Assembly: GCA_030538605.1 (NCBI GenBank)
Contig: JAUNTQ010000007.1
Span: 10,259 to 74,258, forward strand
Length of the DNA stretch: 64,000 bases
DNA from: Pseudomonadota bacterium
Lineage (GTDB): Bacteria > Pseudomonadota > Gammaproteobacteria > Burkholderiales > Burkholderiaceae_C
Direction of reading: 5' to 3'
Part shown: positions 10,424 to 23,421 of the stretch, one piece after another
Layout: every line of letters starts with the position of its first letter
How positions within the stretch are numbered: the first letter of the stretch is position 1
Translations under genes and position numbers: made by a program
Notes under the pieces: generated by a model
The model's database searches: none
The model's input: only the letters and a program-made list of their open reading frames with translations
What the model was told of the DNA's origin: nothing

Positions 10424-13400
10424 ATGACCACCCACCACGACACCCTCTGGCAAACCAAGCTGCACGCCCGCCTGCACGATTCGGCTGAAACAGCACTCTC
10501 GCTGCTGCACGACCCGGCCGGGCACACCGGCCACCATGCGCGCGTAGCGGCCCGCATGGCCTGCCGCGAAGGGCATGCGGCAGACGCCCCCATCGACAAC
10601 GACAACCCCGACGTGCTGCATGCCATCGCCTTCCCCAAAGGCATTCAGCCCGCCACCTGCCAAACCGTGCAGCGTGCCGACCGGTGGGCGGTGGGGGCCG
10701 ACCGGCCACAGTGGCCGCTGGGTGAGGTGCAGACCACTGCAAGCAACAGCGAGAAAAAGACCCTGGGCGTGGCCCCGTGGGCACAAGTGCGCTGGGTCAG
10801 CCAACCCGTGCTGATTCACCCCCTGACCGGTGCGCCATACGACCTGCAGGCGCATGGTGGCCTTTCGCAAGCCGACTTTCAGCACATCAAGGCACGCGCG
10901 CTTTCGCACCTGTCCAGCCTGCGGCTACCCGAGCAAGGCCAAATCGACCTCAAACGCACGCTGCTCGCCCTGTGGCGATTCGGCCCCGAGCTGCGCCAGA
11001 AAGAAGGCAGCGACAAGCTCGGCGAATGCTGGAAGCTGCTGCCCGCCGACACCCGCGTGCCTGACCACGCCATCTGGGACCACCTCGACCTCACCAGCGC
11101 CTTTGCAGGTGCCTTCGCCGCCGACCCCAAGGGCGAAGCCGCCTTGCTCACGCTGTCCATCGGCCCGGTGCAGCCCTTCATCGCTGCCGCCCGCAAGATG
11201 GAAGATCTGTGGGCCGGCTCGCACCTGCTGGCGCGCCTGTCGTGGGAAGCCATGCGCGTCGTTTGCGAGCAACTCGGCCCCGACGCCATCCTGTTCCCGC
11301 GCCTGCGCGGCGTGCCGCAGGTCGATCTGTGGCTGCGCGACCAATGCGGCCTGCCCCGCAAGTGGTTCGACGATTGCGACTGGATGCATGGCAGCACCGA
11401 CAGCAACCCGCTCTTCGCCGCCGCGTTGCCCAACCGCTTCGTCGCCACCGTGCCAGCCACCGGGGCCACGGCACTGGCCGAGAAAGTGCAAGAACAGGTG
11501 CGCCAATGGCTGCAAGACAAGGGCCAGCAGCTTGTCCGCTGCCTGCTGTCGGCTGCGGGCATCGAAGCCAACCCCGGCTTGCCATGCTTCGAGCAGATGC
11601 AAACACAACTGCAAGGCTTTCCTGAAGTGCATTGGGCCGTGGTGCCTTTCAGCCTCATCGATATGGCCGATGCGCAGACACACGCGGGCCTCGACACCAC
11701 GCAGCTTTCCGACGCCATGCGCCCCTTCTTCAACGGCGCGCCGGGCCAAAGCAGCGGCTTTCTCGCCAGCGATGCCTGGAAACTGCTGCAACGCGAGTTG
11801 AAAGCACAGCACGACAGCGGCCAAGCCTTCACGTTTTACAGCCCCAACCCAGGCGTGCTCTACCCCGCCGTCCACGAACTGGCCGAGCGCGCGCTGGCCG
11901 CCGCCAAGGCACTGCGCCCCTTTGGCCAGGCCACGCAAGAAGGCTGGCGCTGCACCCTCAGCGGCGAAGCCGAATGGCTGACCACCGACCGCACGCAACT
12001 CACTCTCTCCAGCGGCCAGCGCACCGACACGCTTTGGACGCGCCTTGCAAGCGCCAAGCCTGCCTGGGCCAGGCACGGCGAGCACCTGGGCGCACTGCCC
12101 GCCCTCAAGCGCCTGTGGCCCACGCTGTTTGCCGAGGAAGTGGCGAACGCAACTGGCACGCCAAGCATCGAGCGATTCGTCGTCTCGACCCACACGATGG
12201 CGCTGGCACACCAGATGAAGCAATGGTTGCAAAGCGACACCCCGTCTGCATCAGGACTGACAGAACTTCGAGATCGCTACAAAAGCAGGATTGATCCGGT
12301 AGCCCTGCCGCGCAAGCTCGTGCTCGACCACCTGGCGCTGAGCGGTCACGCGCTCGCCAGCGCTGCGGCAATGCCCGCCTTGCTCGATCTGGCCGACGAA
12401 GAACTGACCGAGGCCGAGGGCAACACCATCCGCCGTGTCGTGGGCCAAACACTTGCCAGCAGCGACAAGCATCAGACAAGCGACCGGCTGGAAACCTACT
12501 ACGCCCTGCTGCTCATGGACGGCGACCGCATGGGCGCATGGCTCTCAGGCGACAAGGCCATCGCCTACCGCGACAGCTTTCACCCGCAGGTGCAAAAAGG
12601 CTTTGACGAACGAGCCAAACGCAACGCCTCTCTGCACGCCTACGGCCAGCAGGCACGCGCCCTCACCCCGAGCCGACACCTGGCCATCTCCGGCGCGCTC
12701 AACGACTTTTCGCTCACCGTGGTGCGCCATGTGGTCGAGGTGGAGCACCTGGGCCGCCTGATCTACGCCGGTGGCGACGACGTATTCGCCATGTTGCCCG
12801 TGGCCGATCTGCTGCCTGCCATGCAGCGCCTGCGCCACGCCTACAGCGGCCACGACCCGGCACACGAAGGTGGGCGCGACCCGAGCGGCCTCACGCTGCA
12901 AGGCGGTTTTGCCCGCTTGCACGGCAAGCTCATGCGCATGATGGGCACCCAGGCCACGGCCTCTTGCGGCGGCGTCATCGCCCACCACCAGGCACCCCTG
13001 TCTGCCGTGCGCCGCGAACTGGCGGCTGCTGAACAGCGCGCCAAGAACGAAGGTGGCCGCGACGCGTTTTCCATCACCGTTGTCAAGCGCTCGGGCGGCA
13101 CGCTGCGCCTGACCGCCAAGTGGGACAAGGCCCGGGCGCTGCTCGACGATCTGCGGCGCTTTCTGGCGCGTGGCGACGTGTCGCGCCGCGCTGCCTACCA
13201 CACCCTGCAATGGCTCGACGCCAACGAGCTGCCCCAGCCCTTGAATCAGGACATGCTGCAAAGCCTGCTCAGCTACCAGCTTGCACGGCAGGCAGAAGGC
13301 AAAGCCCGGGCAGAGTCTGCCGGGCTGGCCCAGCGGCTGGTCGATTTGTGCATGAAGCAGCCCGGTCTCAAGCAAATCGAATGGCTGCGCAACTTCATCA

Positions 13401-13480
13401 GCGTGGCCGAATTTCTGGCGCGCGAAGTGCGCAGCACGCCCGAGGACAGCGCACACAGCACGCCCGAGGCCAGCCCGTGA
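10424..13480 (+). CDS. cas10: Cas10/Cmr2 large subunit with intact cyclase GGDD motif
   Basis: 1018 aa; motif LIYAGGDDVFAMLPV; N-terminal HD-like dipeptides (LHARLHD). Confidence 0.85.
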   Translation: MTTHHDTLWQTKLHARLHDSAETALSLLHDPAGHTGHHARVAARMACREGHAADAPIDNDNPDVLHAIAFPKGIQPATCQTVQRADRWAVGADRPQWPLGEVQTTASNSEKKTLGVAPWAQVRWVSQPVLIHPLTGAPYDLQAHGGLSQADFQHIKARALSHLSSLRLPEQGQIDLKRTLLALWRFGPELRQKEGSDKLGECWKLLPADTRVPDHAIWDHLDLTSAFAGAFAADPKGEAALLTLSIGPVQPFIAAARKMEDLWAGSHLLARLSWEAMRVVCEQLGPDAILFPRLRGVPQVDLWLRDQCGLPRKWFDDCDWMHGSTDSNPLFAAALPNRFVATVPATGATALAEKVQEQVRQWLQDKGQQLVRCLLSAAGIEANPGLPCFEQMQTQLQGFPEVHWAVVPFSLIDMADAQTHAGLDTTQLSDAMRPFFNGAPGQSSGFLASDAWKLLQRELKAQHDSGQAFTFYSPNPGVLYPAVHELAERALAAAKALRPFGQATQEGWRCTLSGEAEWLTTDRTQLTLSSGQRTDTLWTRLASAKPAWARHGEHLGALPALKRLWPTLFAEEVANATGTPSIERFVVSTHTMALAHQMKQWLQSDTPSASGLTELRDRYKSRIDPVALPRKLVLDHLALSGHALASAAAMPALLDLADEELTEAEGNTIRRVVGQTLASSDKHQTSDRLETYYALLLMDGDRMGAWLSGDKAIAYRDSFHPQVQKGFDERAKRNASLHAYGQQARALTPSRHLAISGALNDFSLTVVRHVVEVEHLGRLIYAGGDDVFAMLPVADLLPAMQRLRHAYSGHDPAHEGGRDPSGLTLQGGFARLHGKLMRMMGTQATASCGGVIAHHQAPLSAVRRELAAAEQRAKNEGGRDAFSITVVKRSGGTLRLTAKWDKARALLDDLRRFLARGDVSRRAAYHTLQWLDANELPQPLNQDMLQSLLSYQLARQAEGKARAESAGLAQRLVDLCMKQPGLKQIEWLRNFISVAEFLAREVRSTPEDSAHSTPEASP

Positions 13481-14973
13481 CCGAAGCCGCCCCCGCCCTG
13501 CTGACACAGCCCGAGGGCAAGACGCTGGAGTTCAAGCGCAACCTGAGTTCCCCGCGCAATGTGCTCAAGACCTTGGTGGCCTTTGCCAACTCGGCCGGTG
13601 GCAAGCTGGTCATCGGGGTGGATGACGCGCGCCGCATCGTCGGCGTGGCTGACCCGCTGGGCGAAGAAGAGCGTCTGTGCAACCTGATCGCCGACGGCAT
13701 CGCCCCGCGCCTGATCCCCAACGTGGAGCTGCTCAGCGTAGGCGATGCCACGCTGCTGGTGGCCGAAGTCTTTCCCAGCAGCGCCCGGCCACACCACCTG
13801 AAGGCGCTGGGGCCTGAACAGGGCGTATACCTGCGCCTTGGCTCCAGCAACCGCCAGGCTGGGCCCGACTGGATTGACGAAACACGCCGCGCGGCGGCCG
13901 GCCTGGTGTTCGACGAGCAGCCCATGCCCGAGCTGAGCGTGGACGATCTGGATCTGGACGCTGTGGCCCGCCTGCTCGGCCCAGACCGTGCGCGCGACAC
14001 TGCTGGCCTGCAAACCCTCAAGCTGCTGCGCATGGAGCAAGGGCGGCAGGTGCCTACGCAAGGTGCCGTGCTGCTCTTCGGTCGAAATCGCGCCCAACAC
14101 TTTCCAGACGCCTGGGTACAGTGCGGGCGCTTTCGCGGAAGCGAAAAGGTGGACATCTTCGACCAGCAGGACATCCACACATCCTTGCCCGACGCCGTGG
14201 CAGCCATCGAGCTGTTTCTGAAAAAGCACGCCCACAAAAGCGCGCGCTTCGGTGCCATGCAGCGTGAAGACGTGTGGAGCATTCCACTGACCTTGCTGCG
14301 CGAGGGCATCGTCAACGCCCTCGTGCATGCCGACTATGCGCAGCGCGGCACCCCCATTCGCGTTGCGTTTTTCGACGACCGCATCGACATCGAAAGCCCC
14401 GGCTTTCTGCTGCCCGGCATGACGGTGGCCGACATGCAAGGCGGCGTCTCGCGCATTCGCAACCCGGTCATCGCCCGCGTGTTCCGAGAGCTGCGCCTGA
14501 GCGAGCAATGGGGCAGCGGCATGAAGCGCATTTTTTCCGAGGCCGCCGCGTGGGGGCTGCCCCCGCCCAACGTGGCGGAATTCGCCACCGGCGTTCGCCT
14601 GCGCGTTTTTCTGGCCCCGGCCCACACCGAAGCCGCGCAAGCCCCGGCACCCACGCCCCCCCCCGACACTCCGCCGTCAAACACGCCGCAGCCAGAGTCA
14701 CAGCTAGAGTCACAGCTAGAGTCACGTCTGGCCGCCAAGGTGTTCCTGCTCCTGCACGCGAACGAATCGGGCAAAGCCGCCTTGGCGCGCGGCTTGGGGC
14801 ACCGCAGCGTATCGGGCGAGCTGCACAAGCAAGTGCAGCGTTTGCTCGCGCACGGCCTGATTGCCATGACCTTGCCAGACAAACCCCAAAGCCGCCTGCA
14901 ACGCTACCGCCTCACACAGCAAGGTCAGCGCCTGCTGGCCGCACTGCGCACCAAGGAAAACCCCGCCCCATGA
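13477..14973 (+). CDS. AlbA_2 (Schlafen-like) + HATPase_c_4 domain protein (COG2865-like) embedded in the cmr operon
   Basis: N-terminal KTLEFKRNL...VAFANSAGGKLVIGVDD (AlbA_2-like), C-terminal ...NALVHADY...FDDRIDIESPG (HATPase_c_4-like); GTG overlaps the cas10 stop and the stop overlaps the cmr3 ATG. Confidence 0.65.
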   Translation: MTEAAPALLTQPEGKTLEFKRNLSSPRNVLKTLVAFANSAGGKLVIGVDDARRIVGVADPLGEEERLCNLIADGIAPRLIPNVELLSVGDATLLVAEVFPSSARPHHLKALGPEQGVYLRLGSSNRQAGPDWIDETRRAAAGLVFDEQPMPELSVDDLDLDAVARLLGPDRARDTAGLQTLKLLRMEQGRQVPTQGAVLLFGRNRAQHFPDAWVQCGRFRGSEKVDIFDQQDIHTSLPDAVAAIELFLKKHAHKSARFGAMQREDVWSIPLTLLREGIVNALVHADYAQRGTPIRVAFFDDRIDIESPGFLLPGMTVADMQGGVSRIRNPVIARVFRELRLSEQWGSGMKRIFSEAAAWGLPPPNVAEFATGVRLRVFLAPAHTEAAQAPAPTPPPDTPPSNTPQPESQLESQLESRLAAKVFLLLHANESGKAALARGLGHRSVSGELHKQVQRLLAHGLIAMTLPDKPQSRLQRYRLTQQGQRLLAALRTKENPAP

Positions 14974-16094
14974 CCACCCTCACCTCCCTTTTCATTGAAC
15001 CGCTTGACGTGCTCTTCTTGCGCGGCAACCAGCTTTTTGGCGAACCGGGCAGCTACGGCGAGGCGCTCATGCCGCCCTGGCCCTCGGTGGCCGCAGGTGC
15101 CCTTCGCTCGCGCATCCTGGCCGACGACGGCGCAGACCTGCACGCCTTCGCGCAAGGCCGTGTCCCACACCCCGAACTGGGCACACCCGAGCAGCCGGGC
15201 AGCTTCTTGCTGCACGGCTTTCAACTGGCACGCCGCGCAGGCCAAAAAATGGAGCTGCTCATGCCTGTGCCCGCCGATCTGTTCGTCACCGAAAACGACG
15301 ACGGCACCCCTGCCGCCACCGCCCTGCACCCCACAGCGCCGCACAAGGCCATCGCCACATCCAGCCCGCTGCCACTGGTGCCGCTGCTGGCCCAGGCCGC
15401 GCGCGCCAAGCCCGCCAGCGGCTGGTGGCTGCGCGAAAGCGGCTGGCGCAAGCACCTGCACGCCCAGCCCATCGCCAGCAACGACCTGGTCAAGACCAGC
15501 GAGCTGTGGGCTTATGACGAGCGCATCGGCATCGGGCTGGACGAAACCCAGCGCAGCGCATCCGACGGCAAGCTGTTCAGCTCCCGCGCCGTCTGTCTGC
15601 ACCCAGGCGTCGGCTTTGCCGTGGCCGCCAGCGGTGCCCGCCTGCCCGCCAGCGGTGCGCTTCGCCTCGGCGGTGATGGCCGCGCCGCTCATCTTCACCA
15701 TGCCGCCATCCGCTGGCCCGAACCCGACCATGCCGCCATCGCACAAGCCCGGCGCTGCCGCATCGTGCTCACCAGCCCCGGCATCTTTTCCCACGGCTGG
15801 CAACTGCCCGGCATGGCAGCAGACGGCCAGCTCAGCTTGCCCGGCATGCGCGCCCGCGTGGTGGCCGCCGCCGTCAGCCGCGCCGAGACCATCTCCGGCT
15901 GGAACCTTGCCACCTGGCAACCCAAGCCCGCGCAAAAAGCCGCAGGCAGCGGCAGCGTCTACTGGCTGGACGACCTCGACACCACGCCCGATGCCCTTCA
16001 CAAGCTTGCCGCGCACGGCCTGTGGAGCCAGCCCTGCGAAGATGCGCCGCGCCGCGCAGAAGGCTTCAACCGCTTCAGCTTTGCCGTCTATTGA
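14970..16094 (+). CDS. cmr3: Cmr3
   Basis: Classic N-terminus LFIEPLDVLFLRGNQLFGEPGSYGEALMPPWPSVAAGALRSRIL. Confidence 0.75.
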   Translation: MTTLTSLFIEPLDVLFLRGNQLFGEPGSYGEALMPPWPSVAAGALRSRILADDGADLHAFAQGRVPHPELGTPEQPGSFLLHGFQLARRAGQKMELLMPVPADLFVTENDDGTPAATALHPTAPHKAIATSSPLPLVPLLAQAARAKPASGWWLRESGWRKHLHAQPIASNDLVKTSELWAYDERIGIGLDETQRSASDGKLFSSRAVCLHPGVGFAVAASGARLPASGALRLGGDGRAAHLHHAAIRWPEPDHAAIAQARRCRIVLTSPGIFSHGWQLPGMAADGQLSLPGMRARVVAAAVSRAETISGWNLATWQPKPAQKAAGSGSVYWLDDLDTTPDALHKLAAHGLWSQPCEDAPRRAEGFNRFSFAVY

Positions 16095-17393
<1,299 letters not shown>

Positions 17394-17396
17394 GCC

Positions 17397-18623
17397 ATGC
17401 CCATCTCCGCCACCCCCGCCTATCTAGGCCAGAACTTCAGCACCGCCTCACCCGGGCTGCGCTTTGGCATGTACCTGCCTTTGTGGGACACCGACCTCTG
17501 CTCCATCGTCACGGACAGCAAAACCAAGGCCTTGCAGCAAGCCTGCAAACTCACCGCCAACGACAAGGCCGTCATAAACGCGCTGGTTGATCGCCAAAGC
17601 CACCTCGCCAGCGCCTGCCCGCACCTGCTCACACTCGATGCCACCGCCGTCGCCCCCTTCACCACCGGCCTGGGCAACGAGCACCCGCTTGAAAACGGCT
17701 TTGCCTTCCTCAACCCCTACGGCCTGCCCTACCTGCCCGGCAGCGGCGTCAAGGGCGTGCTGCGTCAGGCAGCGCGCGAGTTGGCCAAAGGCGATTGGGG
17801 CGACACCCACGGCTGGACGGACGAGAAAATTTACCGGCTCCAACGCACGGGCGAGAAAGACATCGCGCTCACCCCACTCGACGTGCTATTCGGCCTTGAA
17901 AACACCGACGGCAGCACCGAACACGTGCGCGGCGCACTCAGCTTCTGGGACGCCCTGCCAAAAATCCACGGCGAAGCGCTGGCCGTGGACATCATGACCC
18001 CGCACCAAAGCCACTATCACCAGCAGAAAAAAGATCGAGAGAGCGGCTCCAGCACCACCCCGCACGACAGCGGCAAGCCCAGCCCCATCAGCTTTCTCAC
18101 GCTCCCGCCGGGCACTGAATTTGCCTTTCACGTGCAGTGCGATCGGGCGCACTTGAAGCACCTCGCGCCCGAACTGGCCGACAACTGCCATTGGCAAAAG
18201 CTCGTCATGGCCGCCTTCATGCATGCCTTTGAATGGCTTGGCTTCGGTGCCAAAACCGCCGTGGGCTACGGCGCGATGAAGATCGATGAGCGCGCAACCA
18301 ACCGCCGCGCACAAGCCCGCCAGGAAGCTGACAAGACTGCACGCATGGCCAGCCTCTCACCCGCACAGCGGCAAATCCAAGAGTTCGAGGACGAGCTGCG
18401 CGCCAAGCACGAGCAATACCCGGCCTACAAGGAAGGCCCCAACGCCGCCTTCCACAACAAAGCCCGCCAGCTCGCCAAAGCCGCACACGAAGCCACCGAC
18501 TGGAGCGCCGACGAAAAGCGCGCCGCCGCCCTAGCCATTGAAACCTGGCTGCCCAAGCTGGTGCGCGTGGAAATGAAGGAAGAGCGCAAGAAACTCGGCC
18601 TCGCCGCGCTCAAAGGGCTATGA
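17397..18623 (+). CDS. cmr6: Cmr6 (RAMP) with a roughly 120-aa charged C-terminal extension
   Basis: GLPYLPGSGVKGVLRQAARE and FGLENTDGS RAMP motifs; extra coiled-coil-like C-terminus. Confidence 0.75.
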   Translation: MPISATPAYLGQNFSTASPGLRFGMYLPLWDTDLCSIVTDSKTKALQQACKLTANDKAVINALVDRQSHLASACPHLLTLDATAVAPFTTGLGNEHPLENGFAFLNPYGLPYLPGSGVKGVLRQAARELAKGDWGDTHGWTDEKIYRLQRTGEKDIALTPLDVLFGLENTDGSTEHVRGALSFWDALPKIHGEALAVDIMTPHQSHYHQQKKDRESGSSTTPHDSGKPSPISFLTLPPGTEFAFHVQCDRAHLKHLAPELADNCHWQKLVMAAFMHAFEWLGFGAKTAVGYGAMKIDERATNRRAQARQEADKTARMASLSPAQRQIQEFEDELRAKHEQYPAYKEGPNAAFHNKARQLAKAAHEATDWSADEKRAAALAIETWLPKLVRVEMKEERKKLGLAALKGL

Positions 18624-19555
18624 CCGAGCACCTCGGCACCCTGCCCATCGCCCGCCTGCGCCTCACCGTGCGTGCAGACGCGCCGCTGCACCTGCCACCC
18701 TACGCTGGCTCCATGCTGCGCGGTGCCTTCGGCCACGCCCTGCTGGCGCTGGCCCCTCTGCCGCACCACGGCGGCCAGCCCTGTGCGCTGCACGCCAGTT
18801 GCCCCTACTGCCAGGTATTCGCCAGCCCGCCACTGCCCGCCCACAGCCTGCAAAAGTTCAGCCAGATGCCCGCGCCCTACGTCATCGAGCCGCCCGAAGG
18901 CGGCGCGCAGCGCTTGTCCGCAGGCCAAGCCTTCGACTTCGGCCTGGTACTCATCGGCAAGGCACTCACCCACATCGGTGCCATCGAACGCGCCTGGCAA
19001 CGCGCCCTGCGCATCGGCCTGGGCCACGAACACGCACCATGCACCCTTGTGAAAATTCATGATGAAAATGGCGAAAAACCCTTTGAAATCATGCGCGAGA
19101 AGCTATCAAAATCAATAATCGATCTACCCCCCGCCCCCACGCTCACCCACCGCGCCACGCTGCACTTTCACACCCCCCTGCGCCTGCAAATACAAGGCAA
19201 GCCCGCCCGTGCCCACCAACTCACCGCGCGCCACCTGCTGATCACCCTCGCACGCCGCTGGCAACTGCTGCAAGACGTGCATCTCGGTGCCGCCGCACCG
19301 CAGCAAGACTTTGCCGCCCTCAGCACCCAGGCCAGCGCCATCACGCTGCAAGCGCATGGCCTGCGCTGGTACGACTGGGGCCGCTACTCACAGCGCCAGC
19401 AGCGCGAAATGCAACTCGGCGGCCTGCTCGGCAGCCTGCACCTGCACGGCGAACTGTCACCCTTCGCCCATCTGCTGCACCTGGGCCAATGGCTGCACCT
19501 TGGCAAGAACACCAGCTTTGGCCTGGGCGGCTATCGGCTGCAACTCGAAGGGTGA
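18620..19555 (+). CDS. cas6: Cas6 pre-crRNA endoribonuclease
   Basis: C-terminal glycine-rich loop GKNTSFGLGGY; ATGA coupling to cmr6. Confidence 0.75.
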   Translation: MTEHLGTLPIARLRLTVRADAPLHLPPYAGSMLRGAFGHALLALAPLPHHGGQPCALHASCPYCQVFASPPLPAHSLQKFSQMPAPYVIEPPEGGAQRLSAGQAFDFGLVLIGKALTHIGAIERAWQRALRIGLGHEHAPCTLVKIHDENGEKPFEIMREKLSKSIIDLPPAPTLTHRATLHFHTPLRLQIQGKPARAHQLTARHLLITLARRWQLLQDVHLGAAAPQQDFAALSTQASAITLQAHGLRWYDWGRYSQRQQREMQLGGLLGSLHLHGELSPFAHLLHLGQWLHLGKNTSFGLGGYRLQLEG

Positions 19556-19703
19556 CGCGCGCACACACCCAACGACCTGCCGAATGCAAACCGATCCAGC
19601 GATCATCCCCGCAAGCTTGCCACCCCGCTGAAAGCGTGTCCGCGCCCGGAAAATCGCGGCCCAATAGCCTGGCTGCCCTCTCCCGCTCGCACACACACAC
19701 GCC

Positions 19704-21175
<1,472 letters not shown>

Positions 21176-21195
21176 CCCGTCCACAACAAGCATCC

Positions 21196-22416
21196 ATGCC
21201 AACCACCACGCACACATTGCTCGCCACCACAGGCGCATCGCCTCAAGTGGTCACTGAAACACTCTATGCCATTCACCACGAAAACCTGCAATGGCCTGAT
21301 GACATTTACTTGATTACCACCAGCTTCGGCAAGAAAAGAGCTATTGAAGGCCTGCTCCATCAACACCACTTGCAGCGCCTTTGCACACAATTGAATCGCC
21401 CCACGCCCGCCTTTGACGGAAGCCATGTGCTCGTCACACCCGGTGCGGACGGCAGCGCCGTAGAAGACGCGCGCTCACTGCAAGACCACGAAGCCCTGGC
21501 CAACTTCATCATGACCGAAGTGCGAAACCTCACCGCACAGCCTCGCGCCAGCCTGCACGCCTCTCTGGCTGGCGGCAGAAAAACCATGACGTTCTACCTG
21601 GGTTACGCCATGAGCCTTTTTGGGCAAGCGCAAGACACCTTGAGCCACGTGCTGGTGAGCGACGGCTACGAAACACTGCCAGACTTCTGGTTCCCCACAG
21701 CCGAAAGCAGCATCGTGAAGAACAGCCGAGGCGAAGAAATGGACGCAAACCTTGCCAAAATCACGCTTGCACCCATTCCCTTCATTCGCCACCGCTTCAA
21801 CCTGCCGAAAGTGCTGCTGCAAGATAACGAAGTCGTTCAGTTTTCCGATCTGGTTCAACTCATCAACCTGGGCGAAAACCTTGACTCATTGCGAATAGTT
21901 GTTGACCCTCCCCAAAAGACCATCCGCGTCGAGAGCACGGAAAGCCAACTCTCCATTCCTTTCCAGCCCGGCCCTCTGGAAATGGCTTTTTACAGCATGA
22001 TGGCTCGTGGTACACGAGAAGGAGAACATGATCTCACACGCCCTGACAAGCCAGACCGTGGTTTGTCTCATGAATTGATGAGAGAGCTTATGCCCATTTG
22101 CGCACAACCCTACGATGACGAAAATCTCGCAAACAACATCGCCAAGCTCAAAGACTGGAACATAACAAACCCCTCATTCAAGGAAGACACCTTTGATGTA
22201 CTCGCAACAGGCATCACTCGCAGTTGGTTTGACTCAAGGAAAAACACACTTGTCGAAATGTTCTCCAAGAAGCTGCCCGGCAGCCTTGTTCGCAGGGTTG
22301 CGCCTTCCATCATCTGGTCAGGCAGCCAGCGCATCACGCCCGGTGACATGACGAGGGTACCCAAAGGTGGTGGCTACGGCATCGACATCAAGCCAGAAAA
22401 CATCATCATCAACTGA
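21196..22416 (+). CDS. Second CARF-domain protein (Cas_NE0113-like) with an unknown, low-GC C-terminal domain
   Basis: N-terminus LLATTGASPQVVTETLYAIH typical of the NE0113/Csx1-like CARF family; the last ~220 codons drop to about 48% GC. Confidence 0.6.
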   Translation: MPTTTHTLLATTGASPQVVTETLYAIHHENLQWPDDIYLITTSFGKKRAIEGLLHQHHLQRLCTQLNRPTPAFDGSHVLVTPGADGSAVEDARSLQDHEALANFIMTEVRNLTAQPRASLHASLAGGRKTMTFYLGYAMSLFGQAQDTLSHVLVSDGYETLPDFWFPTAESSIVKNSRGEEMDANLAKITLAPIPFIRHRFNLPKVLLQDNEVVQFSDLVQLINLGENLDSLRIVVDPPQKTIRVESTESQLSIPFQPGPLEMAFYSMMARGTREGEHDLTRPDKPDRGLSHELMRELMPICAQPYDDENLANNIAKLKDWNITNPSFKEDTFDVLATGITRSWFDSRKNTLVEMFSKKLPGSLVRRVAPSIIWSGSQRITPGDMTRVPKGGGYGIDIKPENIIIN

Positions 22417-22454
22417 AGCGCCGACGCCTGAAAAACGGCCAAATCGTGCAAGCC

Positions 22455-22494
22455 AAAACGCTTCCTGACAAGCTTGTCAGGAAGCGTTTTTTTG
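22455..22494 (+). terminator. Rho-independent terminator
   Basis: Perfect palindrome AACGCTTCCTGACAAGCTTGTCAGGAAGCGTT followed by T7. Confidence 0.8.
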
Positions 22495-22893
22495 TTCATT
22501 TCCTTCACAATTCACTTATGGCTGCAAAACAGTGACAAGCAGTCGGCGTCCAAAAATCTCATCCAACACACCCGTCTACCTCACAAGCTTGCCACCCTCT
22601 TGAAACCAATATTCAGCACACAAAAACAGCACCCAAGCTTGTCAGAGATAAATTCGATCCGCCCTCTGACATCATCGCACTCTGCTCAAATTACTCCCTA
22701 AACAGAGTCAGGCAAATTCGACATTTCTCAACACCCAAAAAACTCACGCCACCAACCTCATTTCAAAGAAAATCAACATGACATCCCTCCTGAAGACACT
22801 CACCATCATCATCACCATCAAAATCCCTCTTCCGTGGGAGTGACATCCCCGCCCTTCACCCTCTCACAACCCAACCCATTCAAGGGAAAACCC

Positions 22894-23088
22894 ATGTCCA
22901 TCGATAAAGCCATTCATCTCGGCCTGACCGCCAAAAAACTCTCCCGCACCATCACCGGCACCGACGAGGTGAGCCTTGGCCGCAGCGTCATCGCCACCGG
23001 CCCCGTCCTCGCCCCTGCCATCTCAGTCGTCATCGCAGTCGCCGCCGCAACCGGTGCCGTCGCCCTCATCCGCAGTCTCTGGGACTGA
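22894..23088 (+). CDS. Small hypothetical protein (64 aa) with a hydrophobic C-terminus
   Basis: AGGGAAAACCC-ATG RBS; lies between the AT-rich spacer region and cas2; weak support. Confidence 0.25.
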   Translation: MSIDKAIHLGLTAKKLSRTITGTDEVSLGRSVIATGPVLAPAISVVIAVAAATGAVALIRSLWD

Positions 23089-23109
23089 CCTTTCCGCGAC
23101 CCGACCACC

Positions 23110-23388
23110 ATGCCCCGCACCCTCTACCTCGTTGCCTACGACGTGCGCGACCCCCGTCGCCTGGCCAGGGTGGGGCGCTACTTTCAAAGCTACCGCGTTG
23201 CCGGGCAGAAAAGCGTGCCCGAAATCTGGGTCACCCCCGGCGAGCTGCAAGCCATCCAGCGCGACATCGGCCAGCTCATCGACCAGAGCGAAGACCGCCT
23301 TCAACTCATCGCCCTTGACCCCCGCATGCAGCGCCAATGCCTGGGCAAAGCCGCCACCTTTCGCGCACCCTACTTCTGCGTCGTCTGA
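23110..23388 (+). CDS. cas2: Cas2-like protein (extra paralog upstream of cas1)
   Basis: N-terminus MPRTLYLVAYDVRDPRRLARV, matching the Cas2 beta1/catalytic Asp region. Confidence 0.65.
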   Translation: MPRTLYLVAYDVRDPRRLARVGRYFQSYRVAGQKSVPEIWVTPGELQAIQRDIGQLIDQSEDRLQLIALDPRMQRQCLGKAATFRAPYFCVV

Positions 23389-23421
23389 ACAACCCGCCAC
23401 CACCGCCAAGGATCCCCTTAC

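Noticed and set aside
22720-22860. 19-codon mini-ORF MTSLLKTLTIIITIKIPLPWE in the AT-rich gap; considered as a leader peptide
   Set aside because: It is too short, has no obvious RBS and nothing supports it. It is mentioned only as a possibility.
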